The notes under the pieces were generated by a model, which saw only the letters and a program-made list of their open reading frames with translations, was not told the origin of the DNA and made no database searches. The translations under genes and the position numbers were made by a program. A stretch of DNA of 64,000 nucleotides, taken from the human T2T-CHM13v2.0 reference genome, Homo sapiens. The stretch is taken from the NCBI RefSeq assembly GCF_009914755.1, contig NC_060933.1. One strand, given 5' to 3'. Shown here piece by piece: positions 30,301 to 43,074 of this stretch. Position 1 is the first letter of the stretch. Each line of letters begins with the position of its first letter.

Positions 30301-33300
30301 CTTTCCATTCCACTCGAATACATTCCCTCCTATTCCACTCGGAACGATTCCATTCCATTCCATTGCATTCCATTCCATTCCATTCCATTCCATTTCGTTC
30401 CATTCCATTCTATTCCGTATCATTCCATTCCATTCCATTCCATTCCATTCCATTCCATTCCATTCCACTCGTGTTGATTCCATTCCTTTCCATTCCATTA
30501 GGTTTGAAGGCATTCCATTCCATTCCATTCCATTCCATTCCATTCCATTCCATTCCATTCCATTCCATTCCATTGTACTCGGGTTGATTCCATTCCATTG
30601 CATTCCATTCCATTCCATTCCGGATGATTCCGTTCCATTGCATTCCATTCCATTCCATTCCCCTGCACTCGGGTTGATTCCATTCCATTCCATTCCATTA
30701 CATTCCGTTCCATTCCATTCCATTCCATTCCATTCGGATTGATTCTATTCAATTCCCTTACACTCCATTATATTCCATTCCATTCGGGTAGTTTCCATTC
30801 CATTCCATTACATTCCTCTCCATTCCATTCCATTCCATTCCATTCCATTCCATTCCATTCCATTCCATTCCATTCCATTCCATTCCGTTCCATTGTACTC
30901 GGGTTGATTCCATTCCATTGCATTCCATTCCATTCCATTCCATTCCATTCCATTCCATTCCATTCCGTTCCATTCCATTACATTCGGATTGATTCTATTC
31001 AACTCCCTTACTCTCCATTACATTCCATTCCATTCGGGTTGTTGCATTCCATTCCATTCCATTCCACTCCATTCCATTGCACTCGGGTTGATTCCATTCC
31101 ATTCCATTCCATTCCATTCCATTCCATTCCATTCCGGATGATTCCATTCCATTACATTCCGTTCCATTACATTCCCCTGCACTCGGGTTGATTCCATTCC
31201 ATTCCATTCCATTCCATTCGATTCCATTCAATTCCAATTCATTCCATTCCATTCTATTCCGTACCATTCCATTTCATTCCATACAATTCCATTCCATTCC
31301 ATTCCACTCTGTTCCATTCCGTTCAGTTCCGTTCCGTTCCGTTCCATTCCATTCCATTCCATTCTATTCGGTTTAATTCCATTCCATTCCATTCCATTCC
31401 GTTCTATTCCATTCCATTGCAATCGAGTTGAATCCATTGCATTCCATTCCATTCCATTCCATTCCTTTCCATACCGGAAGATTCCATTCCATTGCATTCC
31501 ATTCCATTCCATTCCGTTCCATTCCATTCCATTCCATTCCATTCCATTCCATTGTACTCGGGTTGATTCCATTCCATTGCATTCCATTCCATTCCATTCC
31601 ATTCCATTCCGTTCCATTCCATTCCATTACATTCGGATTGATTCTTTTCAACTCCCTTAATCTCCATTACATTCCATTCCATTTGGGTTGTTCCATTCCA
31701 TTCCATTCCATTCCACTCCATTCCATTGCACTCGGGTTGATTCCATTCCATTCCATTCCATTCCTTTCCGGATGATTCCTTTCCTTTGCATTGCGTTCCA
31801 TTACATTCCCCTGCACTCGGGTTGATTCCATTCCATTCCATTCCATTCCATTCGATTCCATTCCATTCTCCTGCACTGGCGTTGATTCCATTCCATTCCA
31901 TTCCATTCCATTCCATTCCATTCCATTCCTTTCCATTCCAGTCCTTTCCATTCCATTCCACTAGGGTTGATTCCATTCTATTAGTTTCCATTCCATTCCA
32001 TTCCCTTCCATTCCACTCTGGTTGATTCCATTCCTTTCCATTCCACTCGAATACATTCCCTCCTATTCCACTCGGAACGATTCCATTCCATTCCATTCCA
32101 TTCCATTCCATTCCATTCCATTCCATTCCACTCCATTCCAGTCCTTTCCATTCCATTCCAATCAGGTTGATTCCATTCTATTCCTTTCCATTCCATTCCT
32201 TTCCATTGCAATCGAGTTGATTCCATTGCTTTGCATTCCATTCCATTCCATTCCATTCCGGATGATTCCATTCCATTGCATTCCATTCCATTCCATTCCC
32301 CTGCACTCGGGTTGAATCCATTCCATTCCACTCCATTCCGTTCCATTCCATTCCATTCCATTCCATTCCATTGTATTCGGGTTAATTCCATTCCATTCCA
32401 TTCCATTCCATTCCATTCCATTACAATCCAGTTGATTCCATTCCATTCCATTCCATTCCATTCCAGTCCTTTCCATTCCATTCCACTCGGGTTGATTCCA
32501 ATCTATTAGTTTCCATTCCATTCCATTCCCTTCCATAACACTCTGGTTGATTCCATTCCTTTCCATTCCACTCGAATACGTTCCCTCCTATTCCACTCCG
32601 AACGATTCCATTCCATTCCATTCCATTCCATTCCATTCCGTTCCATTCCATTCCATTACATTCGGATTGATTCTATTCAACTCCCTTACTCTCCATTACA
32701 TTCCATTCCATTCGGGTTGTTCCATTCCATTCCATTCCATTCCACTCCATTACATTGCACTCTGGTTGATTCCATTTCATTTAATTCCATTCCATTCCAT
32801 TCCATTCCATTCCATTCCATTCCGGATGATTCCATTCCATTACATTCCGTTCCATTACATTCCCCTGCACTCGGGTTGATTCCATTCCATTGCATTCCAT
32901 TCCATTCCATTCCATTCCATTCCATTCCATTCCATTCCATTCCGTTCCATTCCATTACATTCGGATTGATTCTATTCAACTGCCTTACTCTCCATTACAT
33001 TCCATTCCATTCGGGTTGTTCCATTCCATTCCATTCCATTCCACTCCATTCCATTGCGCTCGGGTTGATTCCATTCCATTCCATTCCATTCCATTCCATT
33101 CCATTCCATTCCGGATGATTCCATTCCATTGCATTCCGTTCCATTACATTCCCCTGCACTCGGGTTGATTCCATTCCATTCAATTCCATTCCATTCGATT
33201 CCATTCCATTCCAGTTCTTTCCATTCCATTCTATTCCGTACCATTCCATTCCATTCCATACAATTCCATTCCATTCCATTCCACTCCGTTCCGTTCCGTT

Positions 33301-34129
33301 CCGTTCTGTTCCGTTCCATTCCATTCCATTCCATTCTATTCGGTTTAATTCCATTCCATTCCATTCCATTCCATTCCATTCTATTCCATTCCATTGCAAT
33401 CGAGTTGAATCCATTGCATTCCATTCCATTCCATTCCATTCCATTCAATTCCGGAAGATTCCATTCCATTGCATTCCATTCCATTCCATTCCCCTGTACT
33501 CCCGTTGATTCCATTCCATTCCATTCCATTCCATTCCATTCCATTCCTCTCCATTCCATTGCACTCGTGTTGATTCCATTCCATTGCATTCCATTCCATT
33601 CCATTCAATTCTATTCCGTTCCATTCCATTCCATTACATTCGGATTGATTCTATTCAACTCCCTTACTCTCCGTTACATTCCATTCCATTCGGGTTGTTC
33701 CATTCCATTCCATTCCATTCCACTCCATTCCATTGCACTCGGGTTGATTCCATTCCATTCCATTCCATTCCATTCCATTCCATTCCATTCCATTCCATTC
33801 CGGAAGATTCCATTCCAATGCATTCCATTCCATTCCATTCCCCTGCACTCGCGTTGATTCCATTCCATTCCATTCCATTCCATTCCGTTCCGTTCCATTC
33901 CATTCTATTCCATTCCATTCCATTCCGTTCCGTTCCATTCCATTCCATTCCATTCTATTCGGGTTAATTCCATTCCATTCCATTCGATTGTCATCGAGTT
34001 GATTCCATTCCATTCCATTCCATTCCATTCCATTCCATTCCATTCCTTTCCATTCCATTACGGATGACTCCATTCCATTGCTTTCCATTCCATTCCATTC
34101 CCCTGTACTCGGGTTGATTCCATTCCATT

Positions 34130-34800
34130 CCATTCCACTCCATTCGGTTCCGTTGCATTCCATTCTATTGCATTCCATTCTATTCGAGTTAATTCCATTC
34201 CATTCTATTCCATTCCATTCCATTCCATTCCATTCTATTCCATTCCATTCCATTCCATTCCATTGCAATGGAGTTTATTCCATTCCATTCCATTCCATTC
34301 CGGATGATTCAATTCCATTGCATTCCATTGCATTCCATTCCCCTGCACTCGTGTTGATTCCATTCCCTTCCATTCCATTCCATTCCGTTCCATTCCATTC
34401 CATTCCATTCTATTCTGGTTAATTCCATTCCATTCCATTCCATTCCATTTCATTCCATTCCATTGCATTCGAGTTGATTCCATTCCATTCCTTTCCATTC
34501 CATTCCATTGCCTTGCATTCCACTCGGGTTGATTCCATTCCCTTCTTTCCACTCCATTACATTCCCTTCCATTCCACTCGGAATGATTGATTCCATTCCA
34601 TTCCATTCCATTTCTTTCCATTGCAATCCATTCCAATCCATTCCATTCCATTCCATTCCACTCGAGTTGACTTCATTCCATTCCTTTCCATTCCATTCCA
34701 TTCCTTTCCACTCGAGTTGATTCCATTCCATTCCAATCCATTGCAATCCTTTCCACGCCATTCCACTCGGGTTGATTCCATTCCCTTGCATTCCATTCCA
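34130..34800 (+). repeat. Divergent HSat3 island, copy 1
   Basis: Private motifs CATTGCCTTGCATTCC, CCCTTCTTTCCACTCC, CGGAATGATTGATTCC and paired CTCGAG (34661, 34711). Direct paralog of ~38640-39290 at an offset of ~4478. Confidence 0.8.
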
Positions 34801-37800
34801 TTCCATTCCATTGCATTCCATTCCATTCCATTCCGTTGCATTCCATTCCATTACATTCGGATTGATTCTATTCAACTCCCTTACTCTCCATTACATTCCA
34901 TTCCATTCGGGTTGTTCCATTCCATTCCATTCCATTCGACTCCATTCCATTGCACTCGGGTTGATTCCATTCCATTCCATTCCATTCCATTCCATTCCGG
35001 ATGATTCCATTCCATTGCATTCCGTTCCATTACATTCCCCTGCACTCGGGTTGATACCATTCCATTCCATTCCATTCCATTCCATTCCATTCCGGGTGAT
35101 TCTATTCCATTGTATTCCATTCCATTCCATTCCCCTGCACTCGGGTTGATTCCATTCCATTCCATTCCATTTCATTCCATTCCGTTCCATTCCATTCCAT
35201 TCCATTCTATTCTGGTTAATTCCATTCCATTCCTTTCGATTCCATTCCATTCCATTCCATTCCATTGCAATCGAGTTGATTCCATTCCATTCCATTCCAT
35301 TCCGTTCCGGATGATTCCATTCCATTCCATTCCATTCCATTCCCCTGCAGTTGGGTTGATTCCATTCCTTTCCATTCCATTCCATTCCATTCCATTCCAT
35401 TCCATTCCGTTCCATTCCATTCCATTCCATTCTATTCGGGTTAATTCCATTCCATTCCATTCCATTCCATTCCATTCCATTCCAATCGAGTTGATTACAT
35501 TCCATTCCATTCCATTCCATTCAACTCCATTCCAGTCCTTTCCATTCCATTACATTCGGGTTGATTCCATTCTATTCCTTTCCATTCCATTCCATTCCAT
35601 TGCAATCGAGTTGATTCCATTGCTTTGCATTCCATTCCATTCCATTCCATTCCGGATGATTCCATTCCATTGCATTCCTTTCCATTCCATTCCCTTGCAC
35701 TCGGGTTGATTCCATTCCATTCCACTCCATTCCGTTCCATTCCATTTCATTCCATTCCATTGTATTCGGGTTAATTCCATTCCATTCCATTCCATTCCAT
35801 TCCATTCCATTCCATTCCATTCCAATCGAGTTGATTCCATTCCATTCCATTCCATTCCATTCCATTCCATTCCAGTCCTTTCCATTCCATTCCACTCGGG
35901 TTGATTCCATTCTCTTCATTTCCATTGCATTCCGTTCCATTGCAATCGACTTGATTCCATTGTTTTGCATTCCATTCCATTCCATTCCATTCCGGATGAT
36001 TCCATTCCATTGCATTCCGTTAAATTACATTCCCCTGCACTCGGGTTGATACCATTCCATTCCATTCCATTCCATTCCATTCCGGATGATTCCATTCCAT
36101 TGCATTCCATTCCATTCCATTCCCCTGCACTCGGGTTGATTACATTCCATTTCCTTCCTTCCATTCCTTTCCATTCCATTCCATTCCATTCTATTCGGGT
36201 GAATTCCATTCCATTCCATTCCATTCCATTCCATTCCATTCCATTCCATTCCATTCCGTTCCGTTCCATTCCAATCCATTCCATTCTATTAGGGTTAATT
36301 CCTTTCCATTCCATTCGATTGCAATCGTGTTGATTCCATTCCATTCCATTCCGTTCCATTCCATTCCATTCCATTCCTTTCCATTCCATTACGGATGATT
36401 CCATTCCATTGCATTCCATTCCATACCATTCCCCTGTACTCGGGTTGATTCCATTCCATTGCATTCCAATCCGTGCCCTTGCACTCGTGTTGATTCCATT
36501 CTTTCCATTCCATTCAAGTTGAATCCATTCCATTGCATTCCATTCCATTCGATTCCATTCGATTGCACTCGGGTTGATTCCATTCCATTGCATTCCATTC
36601 CATTCCATTCCATTCCATTCCATTCCAATCCATTCCGTTCCATTCCATTCCATTACATTCGGATTGATTCTATTCAATTCCCTTACACTCCATTACATTC
36701 CATTCCATTCAGGTAGTTTCCATTCCATTCCATTCCATTCCTCTCCATTCCATTGCACTCGGGTTGATTCCATTCCATTGCATTCCATTCCATTCCATTC
36801 AATTCCATTCCGTTCCATTCCATTCCATTACATTCGGATTGATTCTATTCAACTCCCTTACTCTCCATTACATTCCATTCCATTCGGGTTGTTCCATTCC
36901 ATTCCATTCCATTCCACTCCATTCCATTGCACTCGGGTTTATTCCATTCCATTCCATTCCATTCCGGAAAATTCCATTCCATTGCATTCCATTCCATTCC
37001 ATTCCCCTGCACTCGCGTTGATTCCATTCCATTCCATTCCATTCCATTCCATTCCATTCCTTTCCGTTCCATTCCATTCCATTCCATTCCATTCCATTCC
37101 GGAAAATTCCATTCCATTGCATTCCATTCCATTCCATTCCCCTGTACTCCCGTTGATTCCATTCCATTCCATTCCATTCCATTCCATTCCATTCCATTCC
37201 ACTCGTGTTTATTCCATTCCATTCCATTCCATTCGGTTTGAAGGCATTCCATTCCATTCCATTCCATTCCATTCCATTCCATTCCATTCCATTCCATTGT
37301 ACTCGGGTTGATTCCATTCCATTGCATTCCATTCCATTCCATTCCATTCCATTCCGTTGCATTCCATTCCATTACATTCGGATTGATTCTTTTCAACTCC
37401 CTTACTCTCCATTACATTCCATTCCATTCGGGTTGTTCCATTCCATTCCATTCCATTCCACTCCATTCCATTGCACTAGGGTTGATTCCATTCCATTCCA
37501 TTCCATTCCATTCCGGATGATTCCATTCCATTGCATTCCGTTCCATTACATTCCCCTGCACTCGCGTTGATTCCATTCCATTCCATTCAATTCCATTCCA
37601 TTACAATTCGTTCCATTCCATTCTATTCCGTACCATTCCATTCCATTCCATACCATTCCATTCCATTCCATTCCATTCCATTCCGTTCCATTCCGTTCCA
37701 TTGCATTCCATTCCATTCTATTCGGGTTAATTCCATTCCATTCCATTCCATTCCATTCCATTCTATTCCATTCCATTGCAATCGTGTTGAATCCATTGCA

Positions 37801-37809
37801 TTTCATTCC

Positions 37810-39290
37810 ATTCCATTCCATTCCATTCCATTCCACTCGAGTTGATTTCAGTCCATTCCTTTCCATTCCATTCCATTCCTTTCCACTCGAGTTGATTCCA
37901 TTCCATTCCATTCCATTGCATTCCATTCCATGCCATTCAACTCGGGTTGATTCCATTCCATTCCATTCCATTCCATTCCATTCCATTCCATTCCATTCCA
38001 TTGCATTCCATTCCATTCCTTTCCCCTACACTCGGGTTGATTCCATTCCATTCCATTCCATTTAATTCCATTCCATTCCATTCCATTCCATTCCAATCCG
38101 TTCCATTCCATTCCATTCTATTCCATTGCAATCGACTTGATTCCATTCCATTCCATTCCATTCCATTCCATTCCATTACATTCCATTCCATTTTGTTCCA
38201 ATCCATTCTATTCCGAACCATTCCTTTCCATTCAATTCCATTCCATTCCTTTCCATTCCATGCCATTCCACTCGGGTTGATTCCATTCCTTTCCATTCCA
38301 TTCGGGTTGAATCCAATCCACTCCATTCCATTCCATTCGAATCCATTCCATTGCACTCGGGTTGATTCCATTCCATTCCATTCCATTCGATTCCATTCCA
38401 TTCCATTCCATTCCGTTCAATTCCATTTCATTACATTCAGATTGATTCTATTCAATTCCCTTACACTCCATTATATTCCAATCCATTCTGGTTGTTTCCA
38501 TTCCATTCCATTCCATTTCACTCCATTCCATTGCACTCGGTTTGATTCCATTCCATTCCATTCCATTCCATTCCGGATGATTCCATTCCATTGCATTCCA
38601 TTCCATTCCATTCCCCTGCAGTCAGGTTGATTCCATTGCATTCCATTCCACTCCATTCGGTTCCGTTCCATTCCATTCTATTGCATTCCATTCTATTCGG
38701 GTTAATTCCCTTCCATTCTATTCCATTCCATTCCATTCCTTTCCATTGCAATGGAGTTGATTCCATTCCATTCCATTCCATTCCGGATGATTCCATTCCA
38801 TTGCATTCCATTCCATTCCATTCCCCTGCACTCGTGTTGATTCCATTACCTTCCATTCCATTCCATTCTGTTCCATTCCATTGCATTCCATTCTATTCCG
38901 GTTAATTCCATTCAATTCCATTCCATTCCATTCCATTCCATTGCAATCGAGTTGATTCCATTCCATTCCTTTTCATTCCATTCCATTGCCTTGCATTCCA
39001 ATCGGGTTGATTCCATTCCCTTCTTTCCACTCCATTACATTCCATTCCATTCCACTCGGAATGATTGATTCCATTCCATTCCATTCCATTTCATTCCGTT
39101 GCAATCCATTCCAATCTATTCCATTCCATTCCATTTCACTCGAGTTGATTTCATTCCATTCCTTTCCATTCCATTCCATTCCTTTCCACTCGAGTTGATT
39201 CCATTCCATTCCATTCCATTGCATTCCATTCCATGCCATTCCACTCGGGTTGATTCCATTCCTTTGCATTCCCTTCCATTCCATTCCATT
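37810..39290 (+). repeat. Divergent HSat3 island, copy 2
   Basis: Same private motifs as 34130-34800, with CTCGAG pairs at 37836/37886 and 39139/39189, plus the CATTATATTCCAATCCATTCTGGTTGTTTCC module. Confidence 0.8.
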
Positions 39291-42200
39291 CCATTCCATT
39301 CCGTTGCATTCCATTCCATTACATTCGGATTGATTCTATTCAACTCCCTTACTCTCCATTACATTCCATTCCATTCGGGTTGTTCCATTCCTTTCCATTC
39401 CATTCCACTCCATTCCATTGCACTCGGGTTGATTCCATTCCATTCCATTCGATTCCATTCCGGATGATTCCATTCCATTGCATTCCGTTCCATTACATTC
39501 CCCTGCACTCGTGTTGATTCCATTCCATTCCATTCAATTCCATTCCATTACAATTCGTTCCATTCCATTCTATTCCGTACCATTCCATTCCATTCCATAC
39601 CATTCCATTCCATTCCATTCCATTCCGTTCCATTCCGTTCCATTCCATTCCATTCCATTCTATTCTGGTTTATTCCATTCCATTCCATTCCATTCCATTC
39701 TATTCCATTCCATTGCAATCGAGTTGAATCCGTTGCATTTCATTCCATTCCATTCCATTCCATTCCATTCCGGAAGATTCCACTCCATTGCATTCCATTC
39801 CATTCCATTCCCCTGCACTCGCGTTGATTCCATTCCATTCCATTCCATTCCATTCCATTCCATTCCGTTCCATTCCGTTCCGTTCCGTTCCATTCCATTC
39901 CATTCCATTCCATTCCGTTCCGTTCCGTTCCATTCCATTCCATTCCATTCTATTCGGGTTAATTCCATTCCATTCCATTCGATTGCAATCGTGTTGATTC
40001 CATTCCATTCCATTCCATTCCATTGCATTCCATTCCATTCCTTTCCACTCCATTACGGATGATTCCATTCCATTGCATTCCATTCCATTCCATTCCCCTG
40101 TACTCGGGTTGATTCCATTACATTGCATTCCAATCCATGCCCTTCCACTCGTGTTGATTCCATTCTTTCCATTCCATTCAAGTTGAATCCATTCCATTGC
40201 ATTCCATTCCATTCGATTCCATTCGGTTGCACTCGGGTTGATTCCATTCCATTGCATTCCATTCCATTCCATTCCATTCCATTCCATTCCATTCCATTCC
40301 GTTCCTTTCCATTCCATTACATTCGGATTGATTCTATTCAATTCCCTTACACTCCATTACATTCCATTCCATTCGGGTAGTTTCCATTCCATTCCTCTCC
40401 ATTCCATTGCACTCGGGTTGATTCCATTCCATTGCATTCCATTCCATTCCATTCAATTCCATTCCGTTCCATTCCATTCCGTTACATTCGGATTGATTCT
40501 ATTCAACTCCCTTAGTCTCCATTACATTCCATTCCATTCGGGTTGTTCCATTCCATTCCATTCCATTCCACTCCATTCCATTACACTCGGGTTTATTCCA
40601 TTCCATTCCATTCAATTCCATTCCATTCCGGAAGATTCCATTCCATTGCATTCCATTCCATTCCATTCCCCTGAACTCGCGTTGATTCCATTCCATTCCA
40701 TTCCATTCCATTCCATTCCATTCCATTCTATTCCTTTCCATTCCAGTCTTTTCCATTCCATTCCACTCGGGTTGATTCCATTCTATTAGTTTCCATTCCA
40801 TTCCATTCCCTTCCATTCCACTCTGGTTGATTCCATTCCTTTCCATTCCACTCGAATACATTCCCTCCTATTCCACTCGGAACGATTCCATTCCATTCCA
40901 TTCCATTCCATTCCATTCCATTCCATTCCATTCCATTCCATTCCATTTCGTTCCATTCCATTCTATTCCGTATCGTTCCATTCCATTCCATTCCATTCCA
41001 TTCCATTCCATTCCACTCGTGTTGATTCCATTCCTTTCCATTCCATTCGGTTTGAAGGCATTCCATTCCATTCCATTCCATTCCATTCCATTCCATTGTA
41101 CTCCGGTTGATTCCATTCCATTGCATTCCATTCCATTCCATTCCATTCCGTTGCATTCCATTCCATTACTTTCGGATTGATTCTATTCAACTCCCTTACT
41201 CTCCATTACATTCCATTCCATTTGGGTTGTTCCATTCCATTCCATTCCATTCCACTCCATTCCATTGCACTCGGGTTGATTCCATTCCATTCCATTCCAT
41301 TCCATTCCATTCCATTCCGGATGATTCCATTCCATTGCATTCCGTTCCATTACATTCCCCTGCACTCGCGTTGATTCCATTCCATTCCATTCCATTCCAT
41401 TCAATTCCATTCCATTACAATTCGTTCCATTCCATTCTATTCCGTACCATTCCATTCCATTCCATACCATTCCATTCCATTCCATTCCATTCCATTCCGT
41501 TCCATTCCGTTCCATTCCATTCCATTCCATTCTATTCGGGTCCATTCCATTCCATTCCATTCCATTCCATTCCATTCCATTCTATTCCATTCCATTGCAG
41601 TCGAGTTGAATCAATTGCATTTCATTCTATTCCATTCCATTCCATTCCATTCCATTCCGGAAGATTCCATTCCATTGCATTCTATTCCATTCCATTCCCC
41701 TGCACTCGCGTTGATTCCATTCCATTCCATTCCATTCCATTCCATCCATTCCGTTCCGTTCCGTTCCATTCCATTCCATTCCATTCCATTCCATTCCATT
41801 CCATTCCGTTCCAGTCCATTCCATTCCATTCTATTCGGGTTAATTCCATTCCATTCCATTCGACTGCAATCGAGTTGATTCCATTCCATTCCATTCCATT
41901 CCATTCCATTGCATTCCATTCCATTCCTTTCCATTCCATTAGGGATGATTCCATTCCATTGCATTCCATTCCATTCCATTCCCCTGTACTCGGGTTGATC
42001 CATTCCATTCCATTCCAATCCATGCCATTCCACTCGTGTTGATTCCATTCTTTCCATTCCATTCAAGTTGAATCCATTCCATTGCATTCCATTCCATTCC
42101 ATTCACCTGCAGTCGGGTTGATTCAATTCCATTCTATTCCATTCCATTCCATTCCATTCCGTTCCGTTCCATTCCATTCCATTCCTCTCTATTCGGGTTA

Positions 42201-43074
42201 ATTCCATTCCATTCCATTCGATTGCAATCGAGTTGATTCCATTCCATTGCATTCCATTCCATTCCATTCCTTTCCATTCCATTACGGATGATTCCTTTCC
42301 ATTGCATTCCATTCCATTCCATTCCACTGTACTCGGCTTGATTGCATTCCATTCTATTCCAGTCCATGCCATTCCACTCGTGTTGATTCCATTCTTTGCA
42401 TTCCATTGAAGTTGAATCCATTCCATTGCATTCCATTCCATTCGATTCCATTCGATTGCACTCGGATTGATTCCATTCCATTGCATTCCATTCCATTCCA
42501 TTCCATTCCATTCGGATTGATTCTATTCAATTCCCTTACACTCCAATACATTCCATTCCATTCGGGTAGTTTCCATTCCATTCCATTCCATTCCTCTCCA
42601 TTCCATTGAACTCGGGTTGATTCCATTCCATTCCATTCCATTCCATTCCATTACATTACATTCCATTCCATTCCGTTCCATTGTACTCGGGTTGATTCCA
42701 TTCCATTGCATTCCATTCCATTCCATTCCATTCCATTCCATTCCATTCCGTTCCTTTCCATTCCATTACATTCGGATTGATACTTTTCAACTCCCTTACT
42801 CTCCATTACATTCCATTACATTCGTGTTGTTCCATTCCATTCCATTCCATTCCACTCCATTCCATTGCACTCGGGTTGATTCCATTCCATTCCATTCCAT
42901 TCCGGATGATTCCATTCCATTGCATTCCGTTCCATTACATTCCCCTGCACTCGGGTTGATTCCATTCCATTCCATTCCATTCCATTCGATTCCATTCCAT
43001 TCCCCTGCACTCGCGTTGATTCCATTCCATTCCATTCCATTCCATTCCATTCCATTCCATTCCATTGCATTCTA

